Part shown: positions 38,440 through 53,109 of the stretch, piece after piece
How positions within the stretch are numbered: position 1 is the first letter of the stretch
Layout of the letters: every line of letters begins with the position of its first letter
NCBI RefSeq assembly: GCF_008831285.2
Contig: NC_045138.2
Span: 15,376,001-15,440,000 of the forward strand
Length of the DNA: 64,000 nt
From: Nymphaea colorata
Taxonomy: Eukaryota
Direction of reading: 5' to 3'
Translations under genes and position numbers: made by a program
Notes under the pieces: generated by a model
What the model saw: the letters and a program-made list of their open reading frames with translations, nothing else
Told to the model about the DNA's origin: nothing
The model's database searches: none

Positions 38440-39740
38440 AAGCCATGCCTAGCTTCTTTCAAAGTTGAACAGAATTGGTTTCTGCATACGTATAGAACCG
38501 TGTGAAAGCTTATGCAAACTACATATACTAAAAGGGTCACCACGTAGATCACCATGTACATGTGAGTGAGCAATAGAGAGATGATGAACAGTTGACCTGT
38601 TCTACAAAGCTCATAAAGCAAAGCCGTCAGTAATTTCTGCCCAGACTTACGATCTACTAGAGAAGGCACTTGTTATTAGGCGAAAGCTCCAGCTCCTTTC
38701 ATATTCCATCATCAATTACCATAATAGTAATTCACATCTATGTTGTGATCGATACTAGTTTCGCTGGATCCCTCCACAGCTAAATAAGAAAGGAACACTA
38801 CCAATTGGAGCTTGAATTTTTTTTTATATATTATAAGATCGAAGCGGACGTAACTCAGTAGCTCCGAGAGCAGTGTAAAGTGGTGTGTAACTCGGCTGAT
38901 CCAAAGTGAACTGATGGCAAATTGATTCAGTTCTTCCGCTAAAACAATGGTGCGATGCGTCGTACAACTGCTCATTTTTTATTATGTCCTAAATATTTGT
39001 TTCGTAGAGTTGCAGGCTTGTTTGATTACTGAAGCTGAGACCAAGTGAAATATTTACCCTCCATCATGGCTTGTTTGTGACTCATTTGAGTACGTGAATA
39101 TAACTCCAATGTCTGCGGCGTGTACGATTTTAAGACCACAGATTCACAACACAGCTGTAGCAAAGATCTATCTAACAGTAACTGTTGATTATGTTTCAAC
39201 TGAATGAAGCACATGTCTTGCTAAAGTTCTGTTTGAGCTAGCCAATTCTCAGCTGACTTTGAGATTTGTAGAATTCACGCATGAAAAATATTGCATTCCT
39301 CGACGGCAGGTAGAGGGCAGAAGACTTAGCAACCCTCAGTAGAAAGAAGTAACTAGGCAAGTCTATAACCAAGGTAAGAAGCTCGCTATTAAACAACTAA
39401 CTGATATATGCGGATAATCCCTTCTTTAGACTGAAGAAAGATATCTGATAGATGAGTGGGCCAGGTAATATCACAACATTTTTGTTTCCCGATTGGCAGG
39501 CAGACCAAGAAAGCATGCTTCTATTCCCATCTTTAATTTCCTTTCCTCCATAAAAACCCTTAAGCAAAGACAAGCACCACTGCAGCAATACTTTGACAGA
39601 ACACCCACAAGAGAAGAACACAATGGATGGCATACGATGCTTACCAGTTGTAAGGTAGGGAAGAATGCTTTCTTTAGTGACTGAACGATAGCGGAAAGAC
39701 ACGCATTTGCTGATAGAAGCTTTCCACATATCTGATTTTT
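38440..39740 (-). mobile_element. Degenerate LINE zf-RVT/RNase H-like fragment, tail-to-tail with the previous fragment
   Basis: Minus-strand DMWKASISKCVSF...CGC (zf-RVT-like), AADIGVIFTYSN and YTYAETNSV..KKLG (compare HVYREANSVAD.LAK.G). Confidence 0.5.
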
Positions 39741-42700
39741 GTTTTAGCAAACGCTCATAAGTCATAAGGTGCGGATATAGTTTCTTCGACTATGCTCTTT
39801 GAGAAGCGCCAGTCGATGGCATCAAGTTTCCCACCAAATAAAACCAATTTAGCCAGAAATACAGAAACTCGGCACTTTAATTTGTTGCTCCTGTTCTGAC
39901 GGTTTTACTGAACTACCAACTTGAATTTCAAGCCGTTTAATCTTTTTGGTAGGGAAAATAAGATTCCATCAATACTCCAACTTCAATTTTTACACACTTT
40001 TCCCTCTGAATTTAAAATCCAATCAGAATAATTAATTTTCCTTGTATGTAAACGTCGGATCTTATTTGGCAACAGGGACACTGTAAAAGTCTTGTGAATC
40101 TTCCTAAAAATTGAGCCAGATTCATGGACATTCAGAGAGTGTCCTTGCTACCAAACAAACTCTTAGACCAATCTCACGTTCAATTTCACAAAGCTACGTC
40201 TTCAGGCTAACATGCATCTGAGTTTGATTGTGCTCAAGTTACACAGCTTAGGAGTGGTCGAACCTGACCTGTTTTATTACATCCTTATTGTGAAGTTGAA
40301 ATAAAACCTCTCTTTCATACCACTGCAAATGAGCTAAAAGTGAAACTATCAGTTGAGCGCAAGCTCTGCTCATGGTTTTACGAACAGAATCAGCTGCATC
40401 TTGTGTGGATTTTTCTTCTCAATCGCTGACATTTAAGAGGCATTTACGTGACCCTCTGAAGCTCTCTCAAGGCGCCTCAGGCCCTCAACCTTCGTTTGAG
40501 TTCACACTGTAATGAGTCATGGTTCAAATGGGGAGGCCTCCAAACTTGACTGGGTCTCTTAGCATTCACACCCGTCAAGTTCCGCATTTCGGCCGGCCAT
40601 GTGCTCCGCCTTCAAAGTACCAGCCATTGGCCGTTCTCTTTCTGATTCATTTATTTTCTGTTGAAATGAGGACAAAACTAAGGAGAAGGACAATCTCAGG
40701 CAATAAAGTAAGAAGTTGAGGTTTGATTCGATGCCTTCTGACTTGACACTGTTTACATTTCTATACTACCATTTGCTCACTGTGCTCTATTATTAGACTT
40801 TTACTTAATAGCTTGGGTCTTGTGGGGAGTGATGCTTGTAAAAGTTGAACCATTAAGTGCTTGGTTGCTGCAGTGAGCATGGGATCATAAATTTTTGGCT
40901 AAAGGACATTCATTTAAATGAATCTCAAAATGATTAAGGGGATACTAGGAAAATAATTAAAGGGCACACGATATATAAATGAACAAATTGTTTGAAACCA
41001 CCAATATGAAAATAAATAGAATTTGCGAGACTGTGCGGGCAACTGCCCACACATGCTCATGTGTGGCTGTCCCCCTTGGCTGCGAGTTTGCCATTTTATT
41101 TTGATAAATAGTTGTATTCGGCACGTTTGGAACAAACGCCAAATTATTGATATAGAGAGAGAAGGAGCGCGACATGTATACCAAATAAGTTTCAACATGT
41201 TTCTCTTTCAATAATAGAGTATGCCATCCATCAATTGTTCTCTACCTTCTTAGTATTATTTCCAGTCCTTACGTACAAGGAAGGAAAAAAGAAAAAAACT
41301 CATGATGTGAACTCTACCGGAGCCAAAACTGTGGTTGTTGCAGGCAATTATAAAATCTGCTTATTTATATTGACATTTTATTCCTTTTTACTATAAACTA
41401 TATAGATTATTCACGGTTATACAAAGAGAGAGAGAGAGGTAAACTAAAAACTCTGCCATATTAGCTACCGGCCGGCAATTCTCAACCTATACTGTGAGGA
41501 TAGCATTCTCCAGAAATCGAACAATGAACATTAGTTTACGTACCACCCAGTCGAACCGGTTGTTGTGAAAAAAAGAGAAAAAAGAGATGCAAGTTGGTTG
41601 ATTTTCATGATAACATTTTGGCTGCTAATGCTTCAAGTGAAGGCGGGAGAAGGAAGGTGGAAGGGCTAATGTCCAGCCCACTTGAACGGCAGGAATGGCA
41701 GCCTTACAGGTTTCCAATCATGGCGTTTAGGGGCAGCTTAAATTTCTCCATCTCCATCTCTGTAAGGGCCATCGTTTAGCTAGTGGTTTCTGCATCCCTT
41801 TCTTTGACCGGAATCCAGGAAACGTCTGTTTCCGGTCAGACGGCTAATTTATGGCGTTGTCAGGTGGTTCAAATCCTTTAACAGATCAACGCCAACATCT
41901 CAAGTAGATAAATCAGATACCACATTCATCTTTTCTTCCCCCGACCTACTGCGTTTTTACATGGCTGGTATTCAGACCCAGATCCCAACGGAATTTTAAC
42001 CTTCCAGCCGCTCCGGCCTGAATCCGATTTCACTGTGACCTTTTTCGCAATGCTCCAAATGGGCATCATTGCAGAGTTAAAAAGCCAGATTCGACAAATG
42101 TCGTTAACCCATTCCCGTGAGTCCTCAAAAATTTATTAAAGATTTTGAGTGTGAAAATCACATGATTTTGAGAAAATTGTCGTTTTGGAAGAGATATAAA
42201 GAGGTTTAGAGGATGCGCGCTCTGATAATGGCTGGTAGGCAGTCAGTCACTAATTTAAGCCATGACAACTTAACCATTTTCTGGGGCAATGAAAAAAACT
42301 CTGTTCATTTACTTTTTCTAATGTTTACTCAGTGAAAACAGCTATAAAACCCTCAAAGACAAGTTATTATATCTATAAGATTGAAACTGAATAGACTTAC
42401 AATACATCCGAAAAGGGATGACGATCTTATTTTGTGACATTTTTCACGTTTCCTCTCCTTAGAATCTACCTATTGCTTTAAATGGCGTTATTTTCTGATC
42501 TTACTGCCGAATACGTTAGAAAGCAAAACAAAACTCTCAATTTCCATCATGCATATGACAGATCTGGTAAAGAAACTGTGCCTGGATTCGAGCATCCGAC
42601 TAGTATCTGATAAATATCCGGTAGAATGTCCTAATTAGTTTTACTATAATTGGAGTTAGATTCAGATAACATGTCAAAAGAACTGTATCTGGATTCGAGG

Positions 42701-44645
42701 GGATTTAGCGTCTGGGAAAATGAAGTGACATTGCAATGAATAATTGAATCCTTGAAACTTTGCAAAACACAACAAACTTGCATAATTGAAAATGCCAATG
42801 AAGAATGATTTTGTGGATCTTGATCCAAGGTGCCTGAAGATGGTACTGCCAAGCGCAACCACCTACAGCTCATACTGCCTAAATATATTATATAATAATC
42901 CAAAGAGTTAAACTGGCGTTTATGTATATAGCAGACAGAGATATTGCTTGTTTAAGTCTTTTACATTATAACCCCATAATTTAATTTGTCATGGGAATGC
43001 CAATCTTTGTCATTCGCTTTTCGTTGCATCTTATATAATAAACACGCTCAGTTGGCGGGCATGAACCGGCTGGGGACTCACTGAGCTCAGCCTGAGTCAA
43101 CACCAAAAATGAGTTTAATTCAAGCCTTCTCTCTCTCTCTCTCTCTCTATACCTAATATGTTTCCAGGCCGCAAAGAGGTCGACAAGCCGTTTTAAATTC
43201 TTAGATTGGGCCATGCAATAATCTCTCTCTCTCTCTCTTCGACCTAATAAACACAATGAGAACTCAATATAATTGAAAACAAACATGACTAAGCTTCTGC
43301 ACAACTTAAAAGAAAAAAAACCATTTCTATCTGTTCAACTTGCATGATTTCTTAAACCCAAAGATTGAGTTAGTGAACTAAAATGGTTATAATTAGCTTC
43401 TTGAAGATACACTCAGCATGTCATTTCCCTCCTAGTTTAAGGACACTAAAAAATAGAGTCTACTTAAAAAAAATATAAAACCTTAAGATGGTAGTTGGTA
43501 GCAGGTTGTCATGTAAACAACACATTGTTAGTGCTAATTTGATTTTTATGGACACTACTCGCTTGGAGTACAAACTGTGACAATTACGACACTTCAGTTG
43601 ACGGGTGTATCACAAACTCACCCATGTCTCTCGATGTAGTCTTAAACCCTAGGGGTTATGAAAAATAAGGAGAGATATTAGTCTCTCATCCAGGCAATCG
43701 GTTCACCTCTTGCTCATCTGAAGTTCTTTTAAGATGAACATATACTTTTTGTACACATGTTCTTATGACACATGAAATAATGTCATTTAACAAATAAATG
43801 GTAGATATAGTCACATATTGTTTCTTCCAAAAGAAACATTGAATTCTTAGAATATATGTTGCTTGTCAAACGCCTCGTAAAACTAAGACCCTTCAACCCG
43901 AAGGCATATGGTACCTTCATTCAAACATACCAACCTTTTGTGCCCCTTGAAGTTTTTCTCAAGCAAAACTTTTTCCATAACACGGCAGGCAAAATATTTC
44001 CGTAGAAAAATTCGGTGCTAGATTTTTTTACCATTTAAACCAAAAGCAAGTGAAACATTATAGGAGAAATATTTCCACCTCGTTTGAGATGGGAATGCGC
44101 GGCAGTTGAAATTTCACCCCATCCGTCATATCTCGAAATATATCCGGAACATCGGGTGCCTCGTAAGCGGGAAAAACATTACCATACATTGTGTCTCGTG
44201 ACAATTGATCGTATCCAGACACGGGGCGTGTGAAGGGGAAAAAACAGAGCAACGTTAACAACGAGATAGATTGATGGAGCAATGAATGAATGCTCTTGAC
44301 GGAGGCCGACTCACGTGACTCAGATTTTCTCGCACGTGCCATCCCCTGATTTCGAGCCAGCCCTCTCCCTCTCCCCTTCTCACACATCACATGCTGCGAC
44401 TGCGAGTGATTTTAGAGAGAGCCATCGGCCATATAAGGGAGGAGCGAGGAAGGAAGAGTGAGTCTGATTCCCCTCCCGCTCTCTCTTCTCTCCTTCCCTC
44501 ACCAGATTTCCGCGAACTTCCCGAGAAAATTAACAGAAAAGAGAGAGAGCTCCAGACGGAACTCGGAGTTTCAGAAAGGCGAGGAGGGAGCGTCATTCGG
44601 TTCGCCGTCCTGCCCATTTCTTCTAGCCGCCGGGATATATCACAT

Positions 44646-45140
44646 ATGTCGACGCGACGGAACCCGCTGCGACACCCAGCCGTCGTCTCGATCGGCTGCA
44701 ACTGCCGCCGGCCGAGAATCGCGGGCCTGCCGGTCAAGAAGCCGAAGCCAAAGCCGAAGCCGAAGCCCCCTCCGGCGGCCGGGAAGAAGGGGACGTCCCC
44801 GCCGTCGACGTCGTCTTGCTCGTGGGAGCGGTTCTTCTCCGGGGACGACCTCTCCACCAGCACCGCCTTCTCCTCGTCCAAGGCCAGCCGGAGCTCGCCG
44901 GAGCGGGGGCGCGGCCTCATTCCGCCGGCGCTGGGCGGGAGCGTCGCGGTGGTGAAGACGTCGGACGACCCGTACCACGACTTCCGGAATTCGATGGTGC
45001 AGATGATCGTGGAGAACGAGATCTACAGCCGGGACGACCTGTGCGAGCTGCTGCGCTGCCTCCTCTCCCTCAACTCCCCCTTCCACCACGACGCCATCCT
45101 CCGCGCCTTCGCCGAGATCGTCGACGGCTTCTTCCCCTGA
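44646..45140 (+). CDS. OFP: OVATE family protein, OFP6/OFP10-like, 164 aa from the likely ATG at 44646 (an in-frame upstream ATG lies at 44391)
   Basis: C-terminal OVATE domain SVAVVKTSDDPYHDFRNSMVQMIVENEIYSRDDLCELLRCLLSLNSPFHHDAILRAFAEI; N-terminal IGCNCRRP motif; intronless. Confidence 0.93.
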   Translation: MSTRRNPLRHPAVVSIGCNCRRPRIAGLPVKKPKPKPKPKPPPAAGKKGTSPPSTSSCSWERFFSGDDLSTSTAFSSSKASRSSPERGRGLIPPALGGSVAVVKTSDDPYHDFRNSMVQMIVENEIYSRDDLCELLRCLLSLNSPFHHDAILRAFAEIVDGFFP

Positions 45141-46796
45141 CCCCCGAATTTACCACCCCACCCCTGCGGTCGTGACAGAATGACCGGAACGACCTCGAAT
45201 TCACAAAGTCACGAAAATGCCCCTCTCCCTCTCACCGTCACGTTCCCTCTCCCCCCCTCCCTTTTGTTCGTCGAGTTCGAGGTGGTTTCTGTCATTCTGC
45301 TCATAGGGGCTTCCTCTTGTTCCTTTTCTTTTTAACTTTTTTTTACTTTTCCTCGATGTAAAAAAATATGGACTAGCAAGCAAGTAGTCTAGTCTGGTTG
45401 ATGTATCTCTAATTGCAGACCGTTTAATGAATAGCATTAAGTAGTTTCATGCTAGAAAATATATCCGTATTTTTTCGAGAGAGAAAGAGTAAATGCTGCG
45501 AAATGATAGTGGTAAAAAAGAGATGAATGACATGAGACGAGATGGTCTTTATTGAGTTGGCAGGACTCGGGAAATGGAGGTCTTTAATTTTTGCGATCGT
45601 TTGCGTGCGTGCGTGCACACACGCGCCGGTGTGAGTGGTTTACTGTTTTAAAAGAGAGACTAGTTAATGAGAGTGGTGTTTGAGAAGTAATTGTAGTCCT
45701 ATTTGTTGCACCGACCACTGTATTTCTTTCTTTTTCTTTTATGAAGGCAAATGCCACAAGAAAGCTGAACATGGTGGAAGATAATAATGGCGAAGTCAGA
45801 GCCTGACCGGCCATGATTACTGCTATTTTTTGCGCGTCATGATTCTCTAGACATTAGGGTGTTGGCAGCGACAACTTTTCCTTTTTCTCCCTTTCGAGAG
45901 TGAGAGAGAGCGAGGATTGTATCTTTTCCCTCAAAAGTTCACGAGAGAGACAGGGCCCTTTTCGTTGTTCATGAACTGAAGCACTACTTCTTAATGCATG
46001 AAAGAAGAACAGGAAGTTGGGAAAATCATGAAGAGCCTTCTACATTACCCTTTGTTTTTCAACAAAACAAAGATTTAAGTTTCCTTTCCCCGTTTACCTT
46101 TCTCGTTAGGCAAAGAAACGACACTTTAAATAATGATTAAACTTGGGCTTCTTTTGATGCTAGAGAAAAGGGAGATTTATAAGGAATCGACTTTTGGGTA
46201 CACCATCAAATGCACTTACTTTTCTTTGCTTCAATTCCATGAGGCTTTTAAGAAACTATGTTTTATTAAATCTGTGACAATTTTTGTATCTATGACAAGA
46301 CAATACGACTTTTCTGTGAATAAGCTAGAGGGGTGCAATATTATTCATTCCATCTTGAAAACAATGTTCTTTTTTTTTTTAAAGTTGGATTGATCAAAAA
46401 CCCAGTTTCGATGGTCATCTATACACACCTTAACATCATTTTTAAAGAGTTTTTTAAAGGGCATTTTGACAGCAGGAATACATTATAAGTAAGAAAGATT
46501 ATTGCAGATTCATAAAACACTAGTTCGAAGGTCTCTTCCCTTTAAATCTGCATAAAACATTAGTTGTAAAAATACAATTCATGCCAATGTTGTAAATATT
46601 CCATCTTGTGCTGCATCGGTTTTCTCACCAACACGACGTATGGTTATCGTTCGGTATCGACCCATGTAAGATGAAGTTAGGCAGACCGTAGCAGCTATAT
46701 ATACTTCACCTTCAAGTCTATAAAGTTTAATCCCAACCTCAGCCACAAGGGCCAACTTTTACATGCAGAAAGATAAGTTAGAGAGGGAGAGGGAAA

Positions 46797-46831
<35 letters not shown>

Positions 46832-48302
46832 TCCAAATAGAGACAAGATATTCGCATCTCTCTCCCTCTACCAAACTGTCATTATTCACATGCCACCATG
46901 GAGTCCCAGAACTGTTATTTTAAATCTCCTTTCTTTCAACAGTTACCCGGAGAGAAAAAGAGAAAGACAGAGCTTCTTTTTTTACAGTACTTAAAAGAGA
47001 GAGAGAGAGAGAGGGAGGTTGAATGGGAGTGATTACCTTCAGTTCAAGTTCAGAGGCCATTGAAGGGGAAGAAGAACAATCGATGGGGCACAATGAATGC
47101 TTCTTGTTTTTCAGTCATGACAAACGCTCAGCCACTTTCAATTCCTCTTGTTGTAAAGCTGCAATTACTAGCCATCAACCTGCAATCAATTCACCTTTAC
47201 ATAGTGCCCTTCCCAAACACAGCATGACAAAATTTATGGGGATATTGATTTCCTTATTTACTGCCTCCTGTTTTTTTAATTTCAACAGTATGACTACGTA
47301 CCATATTTGTCCTATGTTGGCTATATATATATATATATATATCCGGCAAGCTAATAGATTCCTGCATTTATTTGCCTTCACCTTTTGATTCACAATCGAT
47401 GCTTTAAAAAATTCATATACCGCTCATGAATAAAAAAAAGTACAGAATATGATTTTTGTTTAAAAATAATGGAAATCTAATGCCGATATCCCATTTATTA
47501 GTACCGAAAGCTAAGGTCATCAATTCTTAAAACCTTGTAAAAAAAAAAATTGCATAAACTTAGAGCTCAAACTTGTCCAGGTTTGAGAGAAGTACTTAAA
47601 CAGATGGAGCTTGGTTTTAGAATTATATCAGATAATAGTACATGGTTCAGTAGTTCAATTATTGAAACAAAGTTGTGCTATAAATTCCTAGCGAAAGGCT
47701 CAATAACGAAAGGTCCACTCTAGAATAGTGCTTAACCTTTGCTTTCCGTAAGACGTAGGAAGGAGGACTTAGTGGAAATCAAAAGATTGGAGAGTGATGT
47801 CAACCATGTCGACATTATTAGCGAGATAGCTTGTATGGCTAAACATTTTGGAGCTTTTGCTTTGATATCATCGAAAGTTGGATAAGTATGGTTTGAATAA
47901 AACGGAGTGCACAACAAATCTGATTGCAAACAATTCCTTGCTGAAATTGTGTTGTTCTCTTAGTGGGCTCCTCCAAAAAGTTTTCCCCTATTACAAGGAA
48001 GAAAATGACATTATAGGAAGCAGAAATAGAAGAAAAATACGTCTTTCATCAAAATCATGACCTCATGTGTTTGATAACAATAACATTAATCTATTAATTT
48101 TAAACCATATGTTTCGAAAGCATAAATTCCAAAAAAATTATGGTTTTTTTTTTCCCTCAAGAAACATGGTGTGATTATGAATTTCATGATAAGAAAACAA
48201 TTTTTTGTTCTAGAAATCAGTTTGATTCCTTGGCAAAGCCAATTATGCCGAAGAAATTGGGAAGTGTGGATGGTTTCTTTGTTTTGTGAGAACTTAGGAG
48301 CG

Positions 48303-48912
48303 AACTTTCCTTGGGCCCTTTAACAGAAAAGGTCAAGTCATAAAATGTTTCAAATCACTTTTATGAGGTAAAGAAGTCTCCACTGTCAATCTTGATGAGA
48401 AGGCTATTATCATTATTAAATTGAATATGACCAAGGAGGTTGTATTGATTAGATCAAGTATACTTCATCTCTTTCCCCTTAGTAACAATAAAATAATGTA
48501 CAGGTAAGTCTCATCAAGTACTGTGAGGCATGTGAGACCCACCAACTTCAGAATACTTTTATAGAGGTGACTTAAATACTCAATTCCAATACAAGATAAA
48601 TGATCTTCTCTATGAGCTTTCCTTGGGCCTTTTTTCAAAAAGATCAAATCATATAATGCACCAAACCAAATCATTCTTATGGAGGCAATTAGAGATGTCC
48701 CCTAATTGTCAATCTTGATGAAAAGGCTATCCATTGTCCAATATTTGTTCTCATCATTATTATCATTATTATGATCAATAATCACACAAAATTTTTTGAT
48801 TAAAGAGGTTACATGTATACTTGTTCTCTTCTGGTAACAATAAAGTAATGTAAATGAGTTCATCAAGCACTGTGAGGCGTGTGAGGCGTACCAAGTGTCC
48901 AATATTTTTATA
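48303..48912. repeat. Diverged tandem duplication, two units of ~260-300 bp (48303-48563 and 48614-48912)
   Basis: Shared blocks in the same order: CTTTCCTTGGGCC, TGTCAATCTTGATGA(G/A)AAGGCTAT, GTAACAATAAA(A/G)TAATGTA, TCATCAAG(T/C)ACTGTGAGGC(A/G)TGTGAG. Confidence 0.85.
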
Positions 48913-51900
48913 AATATTATGCATGGTAGAAGAACCATGAGTTACCGACAGGGGCGGTTGAACAACCCACAATATAATTCTGGTTCTTGCATGGCTCCCG
49001 AGCAGAACCTGATAATTTTCGTGTGAGTTAAGCGGCCTGTTTCTGGATATAAAGAGCGTTGATTGCCATCTAAGAAACAATGTCCCCTTCCCAAAATGCT
49101 ACATGGTTTTGATTAATGTCGTCTAGGAGTAGTTTTCCATTACCTAGTGCTGGTGTTTGGAGTTTTGGGGACATTTCTGTGATCTTGTCTGGATGTCTGG
49201 ATGTGGAATCACATACTTCTTTTCTGGTGTACGGGCGGGCGACACATCATTTTCGTGCCACCAGCACGGAACAGCTATGCTATGCCACTTGGGACGTATC
49301 ACTTCCATTGTTGAAGATAATTTTTTTTTTTAAGGGTAAGTGCTTCATTCCACCGCCCATAACAGAAGCCATTGTTGCACTCTGTGCCTGTCCCTTTATG
49401 TTCCGAGAGAATGCTTTAAGGCTTTTTACAGTCCTGAGGTAGAATACACTGGACGTGACAGTAACCACTCCAAGATTCAAATAAAAGTCCATAAAAGAGG
49501 TGGACCACCTTGCCGGCCAGTACATTACGACCCCTTGAGGTACCCCTTGAGGTAAAAAGGATTTTTAACTTGAAATACCTAAAATCTTTGTGTTCTCTCT
49601 CTCACTTTCTCTTTCTGCTATTTGCTCAATTGATTGCTAAACTGGCTTCGTTTTTAGCCTGATCATGATGTAAGAAAAGAGAGAGTAATGCACGCATCCA
49701 GTTAACAATTTGTAGATGAAGAGCCATGTAATCTCTTAAAAAATTGAATACAAGATACCGAGTTAATTAATCTAAACAATCACAGCTCCATGAATGTATA
49801 TTTCTGAGATGTAAGTGCAAAATCGGCGCTCCACCTTGGAGGAAACCACATTCCTTCACTTACTATGCATGTGAACTGAGAATGCATATGGCAAATGAAA
49901 CAAAAAAAGAAAATGTTTATAATAGAGGTACTTCTCTGCAAGAGATAATCGCTTTGATCTTTCCTTGCCACCAACCGCATCGAAAGAGCTCACATCATAT
50001 CAAAGGACCACTGCTGAAAGGCACAAACCCTCAAGTGGATCAGCTGTCGATGGATGAAGAAGACGATGCACCCGATCCATGCCAATGGCTTTTTCTCCTT
50101 GAGTGAGAGATGGGACTACTCTCAGTAGGTGGGATGCATCGGCACTCTCTGTTTTGGATGCATTGTAGCTCCTCTTTATGTAGTAGGACCTAAACTACTC
50201 TCCCCTGTTCGTCTCTTATGATGGCCCTGTTAATACCGATCAGATTGCATTTGATAGAATATTTGAGCCAGAAACTGGCTCGCCTTTCGTTTTCTCATTC
50301 ATAAACTCCATCTGTTCATCGATGTGACTTCTTTCCTGCTTTTGTTGTGTATTGAAGGTAGTGTCATACACGTTCGATGTTGGTAAACTTAGTCGCCTCA
50401 TTTTCTTTTGGTGGTTAACATAAAAAGCAGTTGCTCTTATAAGAAATTGCTAATAATAACTGCTCCCCATTTCTTTATTATTGCTTAATCCTAACACTTG
50501 AGTACAAAAATAGAAAAATGTAGCAGTTCTCTTTCAATCATTGAAGGAAAAAAATGTCAAAACCGAAAGAGAAATCAAACCCAACTGGCTCAAAGCGTGT
50601 AAATCGAGTTACCTTTTGTGTATATCCAGATTGGTATTCAAAGCCCCACTTTGAATTGAAGTTTTATTATGAATCCAAATTGATTTCGATGGTTGGATCT
50701 AAATATGATTACACCTACGATGTTCTCACATCCCTACCCATTTAATTGCCAGTTTCTTGAGAATGTAAGTTTTCATCACAAACATCTAAAAGTTTTGGGC
50801 ATCTAGATTTATATTCCCACTTTCATAAATCCCCAATGTTTCTTCCTTCTCTTCCTCTTTTATTTTTTTGCAGCATTGGATGCTGGGTATGGGGCCATCG
50901 GCCCTTCTTGGCTGCATACATTTGTGTAGATGCAGGAAGTGGGGTTTCCTAAAATAAGGCTGACAATGACCAACTAAAATCCATAACAATTGTACATGTG
51001 AGGAATCCCATCATGATCTAAGGTAGTTTTCTTGACATATCATCTTGAAAGCAATAGCATATAGAAGAAACCAAAAAACAAAATGGGTTGTAGACAAAAT
51101 GGATCAAAGTGATGTACAAACACTAGGAAATGAAGATTTACTGCATAAAGGAAAAATGTCAACAATCAAAAGTTTCCTTTAAAATATTCGTGGCAATTAG
51201 ATTTGGAGCCTTTAAGCCTACTTTTTGCATATGATTTTAAAAGGGAAGCAAATTTTCTTATAAAAATTGTCAAAGCTACATGGGGGCCGATGTGGGCAGT
51301 CATCAAACTAACATTATGATGACTTAAAAATGCAGAAATATCCAGGTCTGATAAGGTGAGTGAAGTAAGTGAGTTAACTTTTTTTCTTCATATTTTAAAA
51401 AGCGAAGGCATGAAACGGATGGCCAGGGTACAGTGAATGGGATGGAAATTTCATCTACCAAATACACTGTTGAAATTTATCTCTAGACTATTACACCCAA
51501 ATCCTCACTAAAATGTTTGTTTTATGAAGACTTTGGTCCTTTGGTGGCCACAGGCAAAGAGTCGCTTTCCTGTTTGAGTTTGCTTTGTTGTTCAAATACG
51601 GTGCAGATGAGGGTAAGTGACAACTCCTCTTTGGTAGCAGAGGCATCTAATGGCGGCTGCGAAACTAACAAAAATAACGTGAGCAAGCACAACGAAGACA
51701 CAGTGAATCGGGCCCTCACGTCAATGGGTCGGTAAGATCTGATCAAGCATGGGTTAGAAACAGATGAAAGAAATGAGATTTCATTTTCCTTTTTTGAGTA
51801 TCAGGCAGTGGTAGGACCTCAGGCGAGAACCTTCCCGGAAAATATGACGTGAAAATACTGACTACTAGAAAAGGCTGATAAATGCATCTGAAAGATTAAT

Positions 51901-53109
51901 AAAGAGTCGTGCCTGCTGTGGAGCTATCAACATGCATTTTTGTGAACGTATTCCTCCGCAGATTATAAATGTCCCGTCTGGTGTTGCTGCAGGAAATAGA
52001 CAATAGAATAGGCACCTCTGATAAATTCATCAATGGGCAGAAGAAGACGAAGGGGTTTGATTGCACATCTCCTGCGCTTACACTTTCTTCTCTATTCCAG
52101 AACACTTTGACTGTGGATTCAAATGCACAACTTGGCAAAAAGCTTTTTAAAATGCGATCAGAAATGATACTTTTGTCGATTTTTTTTTTGCCCTCAGAGC
52201 TGGAAAGGCTGCGCTGGGCCGACCCACCAATAAATTAAGATGGCTTTTACTTCTGTCCCTGTCGGCCTCATCTAGGGCAATTTTGGTGGTAAGTTTGACT
52301 GAGAATCCTAAGGAAATAAGATGGCAGTAACCTAACAGTTTGGGCGCTGTTTGATTGATGGCACAAGTTTTGCATTGGACAGTTTTTGTCTCATTCACTC
52401 AAGGAAGAAAAAATTGCCTCAATCTTAAAAAGGAAACGAAATGGCTGTAAAAGTTTGCCATGATAAGAATTTAGCTGTGTTCGTTGGGACTGAAGAGAAT
52501 GAGCGACACAAATGACATTTTTTCTGCAAAAGATTACTGAAATGGAAAGATTTTTGCCTTCAATGGAAAATGAACATAGAAGGCTAAAGCAATGAGGTGA
52601 GTTCGTTCTAGTTTCTAGATGGGGGTGTTTGACAACAGGAACACTGATGCAGAGTTCGTTCTAAAGATTTGTATTGTGTTTGTATTGTAGCAGATTGATA
52701 GCATTTTATAAACCTACCCCAATCTTCGAAACATATCTATAAAATGCTGTGTTGGTGTTCCTATTGCTAAATGGCCGCTTAAGGAAATGATTAACGTATA
52801 TTTTTAATGATTTAAAGAAGCTGGTAGGAATCAGGCTTGATCATGCTTGTTTGAGATACGTTGCCGAAACTGCAGCTCTCAGATTTATTGTTTATAAATT
52901 ATAAGAAAGTTAATCCGCACACGAATATAATCTTTCGTGCTCAAATTTTGGAATAAAATGTTTGAGAATTAAAGAAAAGAAGTTCTACTTGGTTGAACTG
53001 CTTGGTTTATAAGTGGAGAACTTAATGGTTAATTAGTACATGGTTTTTTGAATTTTGACATGGTGGATTTTAACTCATTATGTATTTAGCTTAATCCGGG
53101 ATCTTTTAT

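Noticed and set aside
44391..44645. 85-codon N-terminal extension of the OFP6-like ORF
   Set aside because: Contains a TATA-like CATATAAG (~44430) and GA/CT-rich UTR-like sequence; family similarity starts after the ATG at 44646
44387..45175. Several long overlapping or antisense ORFs across the first OFP (also across 34824-35361 and 58835-59750)
   Set aside because: Shadow ORFs caused by the codon bias of the real genes; no independent motifs
49420..49660. Possible solo-LTR remnant (CCCCTTGAGGTA duplicated, followed by a CT-rich tract)
   Set aside because: No TG...CA ends, target-site duplication, PBS or PPT could be identified
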